NCBI GenBank assembly: GCA_965228895.1 | Contig: OZ245842.1 | Span: forward strand, 224,001-288,000 | Source: Alphaproteobacteria bacterium | Lineage (GTDB): Bacteria > Pseudomonadota > Alphaproteobacteria > SP197 | Length of the DNA: 64,000 nt | Direction: 5' to 3' | Shown: piece after piece, positions 9,639 through 20,132 of the stretch | Numbering within the stretch: the first letter of the stretch is position 1 | Layout: each line of letters begins with the position of its first letter | Notes under the pieces: generated by a model | What the model was told of the DNA's origin: nothing | Database searches by the model: none | What the model saw: only the letters and a program-made list of their open reading frames with translations | Translations under genes and position numbers: made by a program

Positions 9639-11723
9639 CTAGCGGCCTTCCGCGCGCCACGCCATGGCGAGGCCGCCGACAATCAGCAGCAAGGCAAGCC
9701 ACGCCGGCAACAGCGGGGTGTTGTCGATGCCACGGACGATGAAACGGCCATGATCCAGCACGCCGATCCAACCCTGGCCGCTGCGGTCGCGCTCGGCCGC
9801 GACCTGGCGCACGGTCGGCAGGCGCTTATCGGCGATCCAGGTAATGCCGCCGCCGGTCGCTTCGACAATCGGTTGCAACAAATCGGTCTTGGCGCGCGGG
9901 TCGCGCCATTCGCGCGGATTGAGCTCGCCGACCGTGACGATGGTTTCGAGATCGCCATCGGTGACACGGTAAAGGCCGGCCTCGCTGACGCGAATCTCGG
10001 CGCTTGAACGGCCGGGTTCTTCGTTGGTCAAGGTAGCCGTCGTCTCGGCGCCGGACGGCGCGATGATGGTGACCTCGCCGGCCTGATCTTCCAGACTTTG
10101 ACGGATGATGTTGAGCCGGTTGCCGATGGCACTGACACGGATCGCGTTTTCCTCGAGCTCGGGTTCCTTCATCAGCCAGTGGGCCAAGCGGCGCAACATC
10201 TCCTGTTGCGGGCCGCCGCCTTCAAAGCCACGCGCCCAGAGCCAGGCGTGGTCGGAGAGCAATTGGGCGACCCGGCCTTCGCCGACCCGCTGCAGGATCA
10301 AGAGCGGCTGGCCTTCGTAGCCGTCCAGCAGCACCTCGCCGGTCGGCGCGGTGGCGTTCACCTGGCGGAACCAGCGACCCCATGGCGGCAGATCGTCCTG
10401 GGCGCCCGGCAGGTCGGCGGTGACGGGATGACGCCGGCCCGTATCGGTCGGCAGAATGTTGAAACCGGATTCGACGACGTCGCCGGTCGGTGTGGCCGGC
10501 ATCAGCTCACCCAGAACTGTCGTGTGCAAGCCAAGCTGGGTGCCGAAGTCCGGTCCGGCCGCAACCAGCATGGCGCCGCCCTCCAGCACGTATTCGGCGA
10601 TGTTCTCCAGATACTGCTCGGGAATCACGCCGCGCTTGCGGTAGCGGTCGAAGATAATGAGATCGAAGTCGAGCAACTTCATCTCGAACAGCTCGCGCAC
10701 CGGGAACGAGATCAGCGACAGTTCGCGGATTGGCGTGCCGTCTTGCTTCTCGGGCGGGCGCAGGATGGTGAAATGGACGAGCTCGACAGCGGGATCGGCC
10801 TTCAAGGTATTCCGCCAAACGCGCTCGCCCGTATGCACTTCGCCCGAAATCAGCAGCACCTTCAGATCTTCGCGAACGCCGTTAATGGCCAGGACGACAC
10901 GGTTGTTGATATCGGTCAGTTCGTTGGACCGGTCGGCCAGATCGAGTTCGACCATCGACATCCCGGCGCGGTCCAGCGAGAAGTAGATCTCGTAGCGTTC
11001 ACCGATCGGGACCGTATGGGTCACGGGTGAGACGCCGGGTGCCGTCAAGGTGACCTCGGCGGTGCCCGAGGGGTCATTGGTGTCCTCAACGCGGAACGCC
11101 AGCTTGGTCGGCTGATCGACGATGCCGTAACGCGGCGCCTCCAGCAGAACCAGCCGGCGGTCGACCTCTTGACGCTCGCCGGTCAGCAGGACGTGGACCG
11201 GGGCGTCAACGCCGAATGCTTCGAGCGTCTCCGGTGCGTCGTGCACCTCGCCGTCGGTGATCAAGACGGCGCCGGACACCGCCTCGCGCGGCACATCGGC
11301 CAGAGCCTGACGGATTGGCGCAAAAAGCGCGGTGCCCGATTCCGGCAGCCCGTCGTCATCCAGCGCGCTCAAGGCATCGACCGTCACCACGCGCGTCTCA
11401 AGATTGTCGAGCCGCTCGAACCTCTCCAGCATGGTGTCAAGCGCGGTCTGGGTCTGATCGTCGCGCTCGCCGATCGTCTGACTTGCCGACTGATCGACCA
11501 CGATCAGCGCAATGTCCGGCAGTGCTTCGCGGCGCTCCTCGATCAGCGAGGGGTTCGCCATGGCCAACGCCAGGGTGGCCAACACGAGGGTGCGCCACGC
11601 CATGCCCGGTGCGCCACGCACAACACCGTAGATGAGCAGAAGCACGATGATCGCGGCGAACGGGATCAGCAGCCAGAGCGGCAGCAGCGGCGAAAAGGCG
11701 ATATCGGTGACGGTCGCGCTCAT
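9639..11723 (-). CDS. Membrane protein of the MoxR operon (glutamine amidotransferase-like C-terminal domain)
   Basis: N-terminal TMs, VVDQSASQ and LITDGEVHD (VWA-like), LVHFTILRPPEKQDGTP, WLWARGFEGGGP, C-terminal WRAEGR. Confidence 0.8.
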   Translation of the reverse strand: MSATVTDIAFSPLLPLWLLIPFAAIIVLLLIYGVVRGAPGMAWRTLVLATLALAMANPSLIEERREALPDIALIVVDQSASQTIGERDDQTQTALDTMLERFERLDNLETRVVTVDALSALDDDGLPESGTALFAPIRQALADVPREAVSGAVLITDGEVHDAPETLEAFGVDAPVHVLLTGERQEVDRRLVLLEAPRYGIVDQPTKLAFRVEDTNDPSGTAEVTLTAPGVSPVTHTVPIGERYEIYFSLDRAGMSMVELDLADRSNELTDINNRVVLAINGVREDLKVLLISGEVHTGERVWRNTLKADPAVELVHFTILRPPEKQDGTPIRELSLISFPVRELFEMKLLDFDLIIFDRYRKRGVIPEQYLENIAEYVLEGGAMLVAAGPDFGTQLGLHTTVLGELMPATPTGDVVESGFNILPTDTGRRHPVTADLPGAQDDLPPWGRWFRQVNATAPTGEVLLDGYEGQPLLILQRVGEGRVAQLLSDHAWLWARGFEGGGPQQEMLRRLAHWLMKEPELEENAIRVSAIGNRLNIIRQSLEDQAGEVTIIAPSGAETTATLTNEEPGRSSAEIRVSEAGLYRVTDGDLETIVTVGELNPREWRDPRAKTDLLQPIVEATGGGITWIADKRLPTVRQVAAERDRSGQGWIGVLDHGRFIVRGIDNTPLLPAWLALLLIVGGLAMAWRAEGR

Positions 11724-14443
11724 TGGCCAAGCCGCTCCAGGATCGCCGGCAAATGCACGCTATCGGCCTTGTAGTTGCCGGTCATCGCGTACATCACGAG
11801 GTTGACGCCGAAGCGAAACGACATCTCGCGCTGGCGCTCGCCGCCGGGGACGACGGGAAACAGCGGCTGCATCTGATCGTTCAACGCCCAGGCCGACGCC
11901 CAATCGTTGCTGCCGATGATGATGGCGGAGACACCGTCATTGACGCCGCCTGGATGACGCTCGACCCAGACCGAGCCATTGGCCCAGCGTCCGGGGAAGT
12001 CCGCCAGCAGGTAGTAGGCCTGAGTCAGCACGTGGTTGGTCGGCACGCGGATCAGCGCCGGCACGTTGATGCCGGCCAGGAGTTCCTGCAGCCGGGCGGC
12101 GTTGGAGCCGGTGCCGGTCACGCCCTGCAGTTCCTCGTCGGCATCGCGGGTATCGACCACCAGAATGCCGCCGGTCCTAAGGTAAGCATCCAGCTTGGCA
12201 CGAGCCGCATCGCTCAGCAGCGGCTGCTCGGCGGTGATCGGCCAATAGACAAGCGGGAAGAAGATCAACTCGTCTTCTTCCAGATCGACCGCCACCGGCT
12301 CGCCCGGCTCGACCGACGTGCGCGCGCGCAAGATTGAACTAAGCCCCGCAAGGCCGGTGTGTGACACCTGATCGACCTGATTGTTGCCGGTGACCACATA
12401 ACCGAACCTGACATCGTTGACGCCGGCCGGGATGGCGTCATCAGCCGGTTGGGCAAAGGCCTGATCGGCGGGCAGCAGGAACAGGAAGAGCAGCGGCACC
12501 GCAGCCAGGCGCATGCCGGTGCCAAAACCGGGGACCAGCCCGCGCAACGCCAAGCTGGCGTAGATTTCAAGCAGTGCCAGCAGGCCGGCAAGACCGAACA
12601 GCCAGGGCCTCAGATCGACTTCGTCATGACGCTCGAAGCCGGTCACCGTGAACCCTTCGGGCAACTCGGCGAGCGGCGTCGGCGCATCGAGCGCGGCGCC
12701 CAGGTTGAGCGAGCGCCTGAGGTCCTGGGTGCCGTAGATGCCCGGCGGATGGCTCGGCCCGGCCAGCGTGTCGTCGATTTCGTTGGCGGCCACGGCGCCC
12801 GCCGTCGGCGGCGCGGGTCCCAGAACGCCGAAGCCATTGAGCGCGCTGATCACCGGCAGCGGCTCGTCGCCCAATTCGGCGCCGGCGCCCTGGGAGAGAT
12901 CGACGATGCGGCGCATCATGTCGACGAACAGGATCGAGATCGGCAGGTTGGTCCACTGGGTGTTGGCCGATGTGTGCACCAGAACCAGCCAGCCGCTGCC
13001 GCGCCGTTCGGCGGTGACCAGCGGCGTACCGTCCTCAAGCCGCGCCCACGTCTTGGCGCCCAGATCGAGGGTCGGCTGCGCCAAGACCTGCAAGTCGATC
13101 AGCACGTCCTGCTGGATGTCCAAGCCGGCGAATGGCGAGCCGGGGTCGAACGGCGCGATCCGCTGCGGTTGGGTCCAGCTCATCGCACCGCCCATGGCGC
13201 GTTCGCCCTCTCTGAGCTCGACCGGCACAAGATCGTCGTGATCCTGGGCGAACTCAGGCCCGGCGAAACGGATAAGGATGCCGCCATCGTCGATCCAGGA
13301 TTCCAACTGCGATCGCTCGGTAACCGGGATCTGGCCGAAATTGGCCAGCATCATGACCGCCGGTGGACGGCTTAACAGGCTGGCGACGGTACCGGTCCTG
13401 ACCTCGGCGACCGGCGACAGCGCACGTTCCAGATAGAAGATCGGCGACAACAGCGGCTGGTCGCTCTCGATCTCGCCGCCCGCCGCGAGGCCAACCGGCA
13501 GGCGCTTCCAGCGCTGGTCGAGCAACACAACGGCCGCGGCGGTGTTGGCGTCCTCGATCTCCAGGCGCTCGATCCGGTTGCGCATCTCCGCCGGTACTTC
13601 AAGTGGCGCGTCGGTCACCGTATCGCCGGCGGCAAACGTCAATTCCTGGCGCACCACCAGACGGTCGTCTTCGTCGGTCGCGCTGACCCAGATCGTCTGG
13701 TCGAAGGTCGTGTCCGAACGATGGGCCTCCAGGATCAACTGGCCGGCCTCGTCGTGCGGCGGCATCAGCACCAGCGCGCCGCCGGGCATGGTGCTTTCGA
13801 TCACCTGGACGTCGCCGAACTCGGCCAGACGCGCGACAAAATCCTCGGTGCCGCCGTCCTCGATGCCGTCGGTAATCCAATAGACGCTGGAGATATCGTC
13901 GATGCCGTCCAGCGCGGCCGCGGCGCTGGCGCGATCAGTCGGCCAGGGACGCGGTTGTATGGCGCGCAGGATCTGTCGTGCATCGTCAGGCGCCATCAAG
14001 CCGCTGTTGTCGATCGGCACGCCGTCGTCTTCCGGCGCGGTCCGCAACAGCATGACGGAACGGCGGTCACGCTCGCTGACGGCGAGAATGTCTTCGACGG
14101 TATCGAGCCGGGCCAGCCAATCGCCGGCCGAGGCCCAGCCGTCATCGATCACGATCAGGATGTTGCCGTCGTCGATGGTGCGGTGCGACGGGTTCAACAG
14201 GGGATGGGAGATTGCGAGAATTAACAGCGTGGCCAGCGCGATCCTGAGCGCGATGAGCCAGGGCGGCGTCGATTCCGCCGCCCGCTTGTCGGTCTCCAGC
14301 CCGAACAACAGGCGGATGGCCGGAAAGCGGACCAGACGCGGCGAAGGCGGCACGATCTTGAGCAGCCACCACAAGAGTGGCACCACGACAAGCGCGACCA
14401 GGACCCAGGGGGCGACGAAGGCGAGGGGGCCGAGACTGACCAT
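11720..14443 (-). CDS. BatA N-terminal / DUF4159 domain membrane protein
   Basis: LWWLLKIVPPSPRLVRFPA (BatA/double-TM), IDDGWAS, C-terminal RFGVNLVMYAMTGNYKAD. Confidence 0.85.
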   Translation of the reverse strand: MVSLGPLAFVAPWVLVALVVVPLLWWLLKIVPPSPRLVRFPAIRLLFGLETDKRAAESTPPWLIALRIALATLLILAISHPLLNPSHRTIDDGNILIVIDDGWASAGDWLARLDTVEDILAVSERDRRSVMLLRTAPEDDGVPIDNSGLMAPDDARQILRAIQPRPWPTDRASAAAALDGIDDISSVYWITDGIEDGGTEDFVARLAEFGDVQVIESTMPGGALVLMPPHDEAGQLILEAHRSDTTFDQTIWVSATDEDDRLVVRQELTFAAGDTVTDAPLEVPAEMRNRIERLEIEDANTAAAVVLLDQRWKRLPVGLAAGGEIESDQPLLSPIFYLERALSPVAEVRTGTVASLLSRPPAVMMLANFGQIPVTERSQLESWIDDGGILIRFAGPEFAQDHDDLVPVELREGERAMGGAMSWTQPQRIAPFDPGSPFAGLDIQQDVLIDLQVLAQPTLDLGAKTWARLEDGTPLVTAERRGSGWLVLVHTSANTQWTNLPISILFVDMMRRIVDLSQGAGAELGDEPLPVISALNGFGVLGPAPPTAGAVAANEIDDTLAGPSHPPGIYGTQDLRRSLNLGAALDAPTPLAELPEGFTVTGFERHDEVDLRPWLFGLAGLLALLEIYASLALRGLVPGFGTGMRLAAVPLLFLFLLPADQAFAQPADDAIPAGVNDVRFGYVVTGNNQVDQVSHTGLAGLSSILRARTSVEPGEPVAVDLEEDELIFFPLVYWPITAEQPLLSDAARAKLDAYLRTGGILVVDTRDADEELQGVTGTGSNAARLQELLAGINVPALIRVPTNHVLTQAYYLLADFPGRWANGSVWVERHPGGVNDGVSAIIIGSNDWASAWALNDQMQPLFPVVPGGERQREMSFRFGVNLVMYAMTGNYKADSVHLPAILERLGQ

Positions 14444-14451
14444 CTAGCCTC

Positions 14452-15336
14452 TCACGCCACCTGGCCGGAGAGGTGAACGTAGAGCGGCAGCAGCGCGGAT
14501 TGGGGCTGTGCGTCCGTATGGTGGATGCTGAAGGTCCACTGCGCGCGGCGCACCATATCCGACAGGGTCTCCTGGTGCGCTTTGAGCCGGCTGACATAGT
14601 CGTGGCGCAGTGCCTCGGCGCGGCTGGCCAGCATGGTGCCTTCCCGCTCGAAACCGTCGAACAGGACACGGCCCGCATAGGGCAGACTTTCTTCCGCCGG
14701 GTCCAGGATCTGTAGCAGGTGGCCGGAGACGCCGAGCCCGGCGAAGTGTTTGATCATGGCGTCGAGGGATTCGAGCGGCTCCAGGAAATCGCCGATCAAA
14801 ACGATCTGGGCGTGGCGCGGCAGGATCTCGTTGCGCGGCAGGCTGGGCGTGTCCTCGTCGGTCTCCTGGTGCATCAGGCGCGTCGCGAAACGCGTCAGCG
14901 CCGCGCTGCCGGTACGCGGGCGTTTGTCGACGCCCAGAAGCGCGATGTTCTCGTCGCCGCGCACGAGCAGCACGGCAAGCGCCATGATCAGCAGCCGCGC
15001 CCGCTCCAGCTTGGTCGATTCGGCAAGCCGGGAGCCATAGGTCATCGACGGCGAGCTGTCGGACCACAGCCAGACACTCTCGGCGGCTTCCCATTCGTTC
15101 TCGCGCACGTAGAGCTGCATCGACTTGGCCGACGCGCGCCAGTCGATCAGGCTCGCGGCTTCGCCCGGCTCATAGCGCCGGTATTGCCAGAACGCCTCGC
15201 CCGGTCCGACCCGGCGCCTGCCGTGCACGCCTTGCGCCACGATTGCCGCGACCCGCTCGGCCTCGACGAGCAGCGGCGGCAGATGGCCGACAAGCTGTTC
15301 GGCGCGCTGCCGGAAACTGACAGCCGTCTCGCTCAT
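14452..15336 (-). CDS. DUF58 domain protein (MoxR-associated)
   Basis: GVHGRRRVGPGEAFWQYRRY, IDWRASAK, YVRENEWE, DSSPSM. Confidence 0.9.
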   Translation of the reverse strand: MSETAVSFRQRAEQLVGHLPPLLVEAERVAAIVAQGVHGRRRVGPGEAFWQYRRYEPGEAASLIDWRASAKSMQLYVRENEWEAAESVWLWSDSSPSMTYGSRLAESTKLERARLLIMALAVLLVRGDENIALLGVDKRPRTGSAALTRFATRLMHQETDEDTPSLPRNEILPRHAQIVLIGDFLEPLESLDAMIKHFAGLGVSGHLLQILDPAEESLPYAGRVLFDGFEREGTMLASRAEALRHDYVSRLKAHQETLSDMVRRAQWTFSIHHTDAQPQSALLPLYVHLSGQVA

Positions 15337-15385
15337 GCTCGGCCTGTGGCGCGAAGGGGATACACGGTGATCATCGGGCGCACGA

Positions 15386-16387
15386 TCAGGCGAGCGGCGC
15401 CTTCAGCCGTTCGATCACCCGGTCCACCGTCAGGCCGTCAGCGCGCGCCGCGAAGGTCAGCGCCATGCGGTGACGCAACACCGGTGCCGCCAGCGTCACG
15501 ACATCGTCGACCGATGGCGCGTAACGGCCATCCAGCAATGCGCGGGCACGGGCAGCCAGCATCAGGGCCTGACTGGCACGCGGGCCGGGGCCCCATGAGA
15601 TCATGTCCGTGGTCTCGCTGCCATCGGGCCGGCCGGAGCGCACCAGCGACAGGATCGCCTCGACCACGCTCTCGCCGACCGGGATGCGGCGCACCAGGCG
15701 CTGGGCTTCCTTCAGTTCGGCGCCGCTCATGACCTCGGCGACCGGCGCCTCGTCGCTGCCGGTGGTCACCACCAGCATTTCGCGCTCGGCATCGCGGCCG
15801 GGGTAGTCGACGTCGATTTCCATCAGGAAACGGTCGAGCTGCGCCTCGGGCAAGGGGTAGGTGCCTTCAAGCTCCAACGGATTCTGCGTTGCCAGCACGT
15901 GGAAGGGGTCGGGCAGTTCGTGCCGTGAGCCGGCAACCGATACCGATCCCTCCTGCATGGCCTGCAGAAGCGCCGATTGGGTACGCGGGCTCGCCCGGTT
16001 GATCTCGTCGGCCATCAGAAGCTGACAAAAGACGGGACCGGGAATGAAGCGGAAAGAACGCCGACCGGTGTCGGCTTCTTCCAGCACTTCGGAGCCCAGA
16101 ATGTCGGCCGGCATCAGATCCGGCGTGAACTGAACGCGTTTCTCTTCCAGGCCCATCACCGTGCCGATGGTTTCGACCAGCTTGGTCTTGCCCAGGCCGG
16201 GTACGCCGATCAGAAGCGCGTGGCCGCCGGCCAGAAGTGTGGTCAAGGTCTGTTCGACCACCTCCGACTGACCGAAGATGACATTGCCGATGGCGGTGCG
16301 CGCTTTGGCCAGTTTTTCGCCGATTCGTTCGATATCGGCGGTGAGGTCCTGGGTGTCTTGCAGGTTGCTTTGTGTGGAGTCAGCCAT
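15386..16387 (-). CDS. MoxR family AAA+ ATPase
   Basis: Walker A GVPGLGKT, RVQFTPDLMPAD, Walker B LMADEINRASPRTQSALL, EGTYPLPEAQLDRF; start placed at MADSTQ. Confidence 0.93.
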   Translation of the reverse strand: MADSTQSNLQDTQDLTADIERIGEKLAKARTAIGNVIFGQSEVVEQTLTTLLAGGHALLIGVPGLGKTKLVETIGTVMGLEEKRVQFTPDLMPADILGSEVLEEADTGRRSFRFIPGPVFCQLLMADEINRASPRTQSALLQAMQEGSVSVAGSRHELPDPFHVLATQNPLELEGTYPLPEAQLDRFLMEIDVDYPGRDAEREMLVVTTGSDEAPVAEVMSGAELKEAQRLVRRIPVGESVVEAILSLVRSGRPDGSETTDMISWGPGPRASQALMLAARARALLDGRYAPSVDDVVTLAAPVLRHRMALTFAARADGLTVDRVIERLKAPLA

Positions 16388-16454
16388 TGATCCTACGTTT
16401 CTGTGTCCCGAACTATATAATTGGCGTCTGCACGACAGGATATCACCCAGACAG

Positions 16455-17021
16455 ATGACGGATACACAACACCGTGAGGCGCAGTCATCGCGCGAGGCTC
16501 CGAATCGCCAGGATGAAGCCCGATTTCGCCAGGTATTCCACGGCGATATCGATATCCGCATCGCGCGCGACGGCACCTGGTATCACGAGGGATCACCGAT
16601 CAACCGCAAGCCGCTGGTCAAGCTTTTCGCCGGCATTCTCACCCGCGACCCGGACGGCGCGTACTATCTGGTGACTCCGGCGGAAAAGAGGCGAATCCGG
16701 GTCGATGACGCGCCGTTTGTCGCGGTGCATGTCGCGGCGACAGGCGAGGGCGCCGCCCAGCAGCTGGTGTTCCGCACTAATGTCGACGACGAGGTGACCG
16801 CCGGCCCCGATCACCCGATCCGCGTGGTGTTTGACGAGGCAACCGCGGAACCCGCACCCTACATCGAAATCAGACCGGGTCTGGAGGCGCTGATTTCACG
16901 CGCCGTCTATTATGAACTCGTCGGCCTGGGCGAGACAGAGCGGCGCGACGGTACTAAAGTCCTCGGCGTTTGGAGTGGTGGCGACTTCTTTACCTTAGGT
17001 GTGCTTGACGATGACGCGTGA
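16455..17021 (+). CDS. DUF1285 domain protein
   Basis: IDIRIARDGTWYHEGSPINRKPLVKLFA, YYLVTPAEK, VDDAPFVAV; divergent from moxR. Confidence 0.85.
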   Translation: MTDTQHREAQSSREAPNRQDEARFRQVFHGDIDIRIARDGTWYHEGSPINRKPLVKLFAGILTRDPDGAYYLVTPAEKRRIRVDDAPFVAVHVAATGEGAAQQLVFRTNVDDEVTAGPDHPIRVVFDEATAEPAPYIEIRPGLEALISRAVYYELVGLGETERRDGTKVLGVWSGGDFFTLGVLDDDA

Positions 17022-17598
17022 TGCCGTCATCGGCGCGCTGCGCACCGCACCGCAACCCATCCTGGACGTGCCGCCATCGGATTGGGAAACCGAACCGGTC
17101 AGCAAGAAGGCCGCGGTCCTGGTGCCGCTGGTCGACCGCGACGACGGCATGAGCGTGATCTTCGGACAGCGTTCCGAGCGGCTGAACAGTCATGCCGGGC
17201 AAATTAGTTTCCCGGGCGGACGCATCGAAGACGAGGACGCTGATGAAGCCGCTGCTGCCCTGCGCGAGGCAGAAGAAGAAGTCGCGCTGCATCCCGACCA
17301 GGTCGAGATCATCGCCCGGTTGAACACGCACCGTGCGGGTTCCGGCTTTGCCATCGCGCCATTGGTCGGCATCGTGCAACCGCCCGTCGTGCTGAAGCCC
17401 GATGGCATCGAGTTCATCGATGCCTTCGAGGTACCGCTCGACTTTCTGACCGATCCCAAGAACCACCGCCGCGAAAGCATGTTCTGGCGCGGCGCCGACC
17501 GCTGGTACAGCGTCTTCGAATACGAAGACCGCTACATCTGGGGGGCGACAGCGGCCATCCTTGTCAACCTGATTGGCGTTTTGAAAGGTCACCCATGA
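17011..17598 (+). CDS. Nudix CoA pyrophosphatase (NudL-like)
   Basis: AAVLVPL, HAGQISFPGG, Nudix box AALREAEEEV, IWGATA. Confidence 0.9.
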   Translation: MTRDAVIGALRTAPQPILDVPPSDWETEPVSKKAAVLVPLVDRDDGMSVIFGQRSERLNSHAGQISFPGGRIEDEDADEAAAALREAEEEVALHPDQVEIIARLNTHRAGSGFAIAPLVGIVQPPVVLKPDGIEFIDAFEVPLDFLTDPKNHRRESMFWRGADRWYSVFEYEDRYIWGATAAILVNLIGVLKGHP

Positions 17599-17873
17599 TC
17601 CGCTTCCTGTTGCCCATCCTGCTGATTGTTGTGCCGCTCGTGAGCTATGCCATCTGGTACAAGATGTCGCGCGAGAACAAGGAACTGCGCGCCAAGGGCC
17701 AGTTGCCGCAGTGGCGCGACGCGCCGTGGACGATGATCGTTATCGGAACCTTGGCGTCGATGGCGGTCGCGATGGCCTTGTTCGCGTTTTTTGACGGCGC
17801 CGATCCGACCGGCGTCTATACGCCGCCATCCTATGTCGACGGTGAGATTCAACCGAGTCAGGTCGGCGAGTGA
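17595..17873 (+). CDS. Small two-TM membrane protein (DUF6111-like)
   Basis: Two hydrophobic segments, C-terminal YTPPSYVDGEIQP; ATGA/GTGA overlaps with both neighbours. Confidence 0.7.
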   Translation: MIRFLLPILLIVVPLVSYAIWYKMSRENKELRAKGQLPQWRDAPWTMIVIGTLASMAVAMALFAFFDGADPTGVYTPPSYVDGEIQPSQVGE

Positions 17874-19084
17874 TGGAGCCGGTCGGGCGCATCACGTTAG
17901 CGCCGGAAATGACGTCGTCGGCCGCCAAGGCGGTGATCGCGGCGCTGACCGCCGGTGGCAGCGAGGTGCGCTTCGTCGGCGGCTGCGTGCGCGACTGCCT
18001 GCTCGGTCGGCCGATCAGCGATATGGATATCGCGACGCCCGATCCGCCTGAGACTGTCATGGCCCTGCTTGAGACGGCCAAGTTGAAGGCGGTGCCGACC
18101 GGCCTTAAGCACGGCACGGTCACGGCGGTTGCCAAAGGCCAGCCGTTCGAGGTGACGACGTTGCGCGAAGACGTCGAAACCGACGGGCGTCATGCGGAGG
18201 TCGCCTTCACCGACAACTGGCTGGCCGATGCGTCGCGCCGCGACTTTACCTTCAACGCCATGAGCGCCCGGCCCGACGGCACCTTGTTCGACGCCTTCGG
18301 CGGCCGCGAGGATCTCGGCGCCGGCCATGTGCGGTTTGTCGGCGAAGCAGCCGAACGGATTGCCGAAGACTACCTGCGCGTCCTCCGATTTTTCCGGTTT
18401 CTCGCCCATTTCGGCGAGGCGATCCCCGACCCGGTTGCCATGGCGGCTTGTGCGGCAGCGCGCAACGAACTGCCACGTTTGTCGGCCGAGCGGGTGCGGA
18501 CCGAACTGCTCAAACTTTTGGCGGCCGCCAACCCGGTGCCCGCGCTCACCGCCATGCGCGAGACCGGCGTGCTCGCGGTGGTGCTGCCCGAGGCCGGCCC
18601 GTTTGCCCGGCTGCTCGCGCTCACCGGCATCGACGACCGCGACCCCGTGCGCCGTCTGGCTTCCCTGATTGAGCGGGATGGTGGCGGTGTCGCGGATCGT
18701 TTGCGGATGTCGAACGTGGAGAAGGCGCGGCTTGCCGCCCTGGTACCGCCGACGGCCTCGCTTGACGCAGCGATGGATGAGAAGGCGCAGCGTCAGGTGC
18801 TCTACGATGTCGGCGCCGATCTCTTTCGCGACCTCGTCCTGCTCGCCTGGGCTGGTGATGGTGAACGCCACGCCGATGCCTGGCGCGCCATGCTGGAGAC
18901 GGCGAACCGCTGGGACGATCCCAAGCTGCCGATCCGTGGCCAGGACGTGGTCGAGCTCGGTGTGCCCAAGGGGCCGGAGGTCGGTCGCGTGGTCGACGCG
19001 GTCGAGGCCTGGTGGCGCGCGGAAGACTTTAAGCCGGACCGCGACGCCTGCCTCGCCAAAGCCAAGCAATCGCTGTCATCCTGA
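17870..19084 (+). CDS. cca: CCA tRNA nucleotidyltransferase
   Basis: VGGCVRD, DMD, TTLREDV, RRDFTFNAM, EDYLRVLRFFRF; lacks the poly(A) polymerase G(R/K)(R/K)F signature. Confidence 0.85.
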   Translation: MMEPVGRITLAPEMTSSAAKAVIAALTAGGSEVRFVGGCVRDCLLGRPISDMDIATPDPPETVMALLETAKLKAVPTGLKHGTVTAVAKGQPFEVTTLREDVETDGRHAEVAFTDNWLADASRRDFTFNAMSARPDGTLFDAFGGREDLGAGHVRFVGEAAERIAEDYLRVLRFFRFLAHFGEAIPDPVAMAACAAARNELPRLSAERVRTELLKLLAAANPVPALTAMRETGVLAVVLPEAGPFARLLALTGIDDRDPVRRLASLIERDGGGVADRLRMSNVEKARLAALVPPTASLDAAMDEKAQRQVLYDVGADLFRDLVLLAWAGDGERHADAWRAMLETANRWDDPKLPIRGQDVVELGVPKGPEVGRVVDAVEAWWRAEDFKPDRDACLAKAKQSLSS

Positions 19085-19144
19085 CTTGATGCCGATGCCC
19101 GCCGGATGATAGGGCGGCGCCACCAAACCAACGGGCGGGCAACC

Positions 19145-19618
19145 ATGCAAATTGAAGTTCGCGAGGATGATTTGAGCGGCGCGGCAATCCGGGACCTTTT
19201 GAGCACCCATCTCGACCACGCATCGCAACAGGCGCCGCCCGAGAGCACCCACGCGCTTGACCTGGACTCGCTTCGCGAGCCCGGCGTCACGTTCTGGACC
19301 GCGTGGCATAACGGCGATCTCTTAGGTTGTGGCGCGCTTAAGAAGCTCGACGCGACCCATGGCGAGATCAAATCCATGCACACGGCCGAGGCCTTTCGCG
19401 GCCGCGGTATCGCCGCCCACCTGGTGGAGCATATCCTGGTGATCGCGCGCGAACGCGGCTACCGACGGCTTAGCCTGGAGACCGGCTCCATGGCGGGCTA
19501 TCAGGCAGCGCGGACGCTCTATGGCCGTTTCGGCTTCGTCGAATGTCCGCCCTTCGCCGGCTATCGCCACGACCCCAACAGTGTCTTCATGACACGTGAT
19601 CTGAGCGAACGCGGCTGA
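19145..19618 (+). CDS. GNAT family N-acetyltransferase (YedL-like)
   Basis: PPESTHALD, GEIKSMHT, RGRGIA, LSLETGS, PFAGY. Confidence 0.88.
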   Translation: MQIEVREDDLSGAAIRDLLSTHLDHASQQAPPESTHALDLDSLREPGVTFWTAWHNGDLLGCGALKKLDATHGEIKSMHTAEAFRGRGIAAHLVEHILVIARERGYRRLSLETGSMAGYQAARTLYGRFGFVECPPFAGYRHDPNSVFMTRDLSERG

Positions 19619-19630
19619 GCGCCAAAGCGC

Positions 19631-20053
19631 TCAAGCAGCGCCGAAGTCGGGTTCTTTTTCCCAGCTCGGCAGGTCGGGGTCGATGTGGTGCCAGGGCTGG
19701 GCGGAGGACGTCCAGATGTTGCCCTGGGACTTGAACCCGCTGGGATCGTCCAGCGTGCCGATCTTGATCGAACGGAACTGCGGGTGCGTGCTGTTGTGGG
19801 CGAAGAGATGCACGCCGCAATCGGGGCAAAAGTGCCGGGTGACGTCTGCGCCGCTGTCGCCCTTGATGACGAACTGACGGGTCTCGCCTTTGGTTACGGT
19901 CAAGGCTTCGGCCAGATAGCCGGCGCCGACCGCTTCGGTACCGCCGGCGACATACTGGCAATCGCGGCAGAAACAGGCGCCGGACATCAGCGGTTCGCCT
20001 TCGACCTTGTACCTGACCGCGCCGCACAGGCAGCCGCCCTCTTGAACCGTCAT
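19631..20053 (-). CDS. GFA/CENP-V family zinc-binding protein
   Basis: GGCLCGAVRY, CFCRDCQ, RHFCPDCG. Confidence 0.9.
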   Translation of the reverse strand: MTVQEGGCLCGAVRYKVEGEPLMSGACFCRDCQYVAGGTEAVGAGYLAEALTVTKGETRQFVIKGDSGADVTRHFCPDCGVHLFAHNSTHPQFRSIKIGTLDDPSGFKSQGNIWTSSAQPWHHIDPDLPSWEKEPDFGAA

Positions 20054-20132
20054 GGCACACCTCCGTGCTGGATGTTTCGCCGTCTATGTTGTGGATGCGA
20101 TGGCAGTCGGCAATGGTCGAGATTGTGACGAT

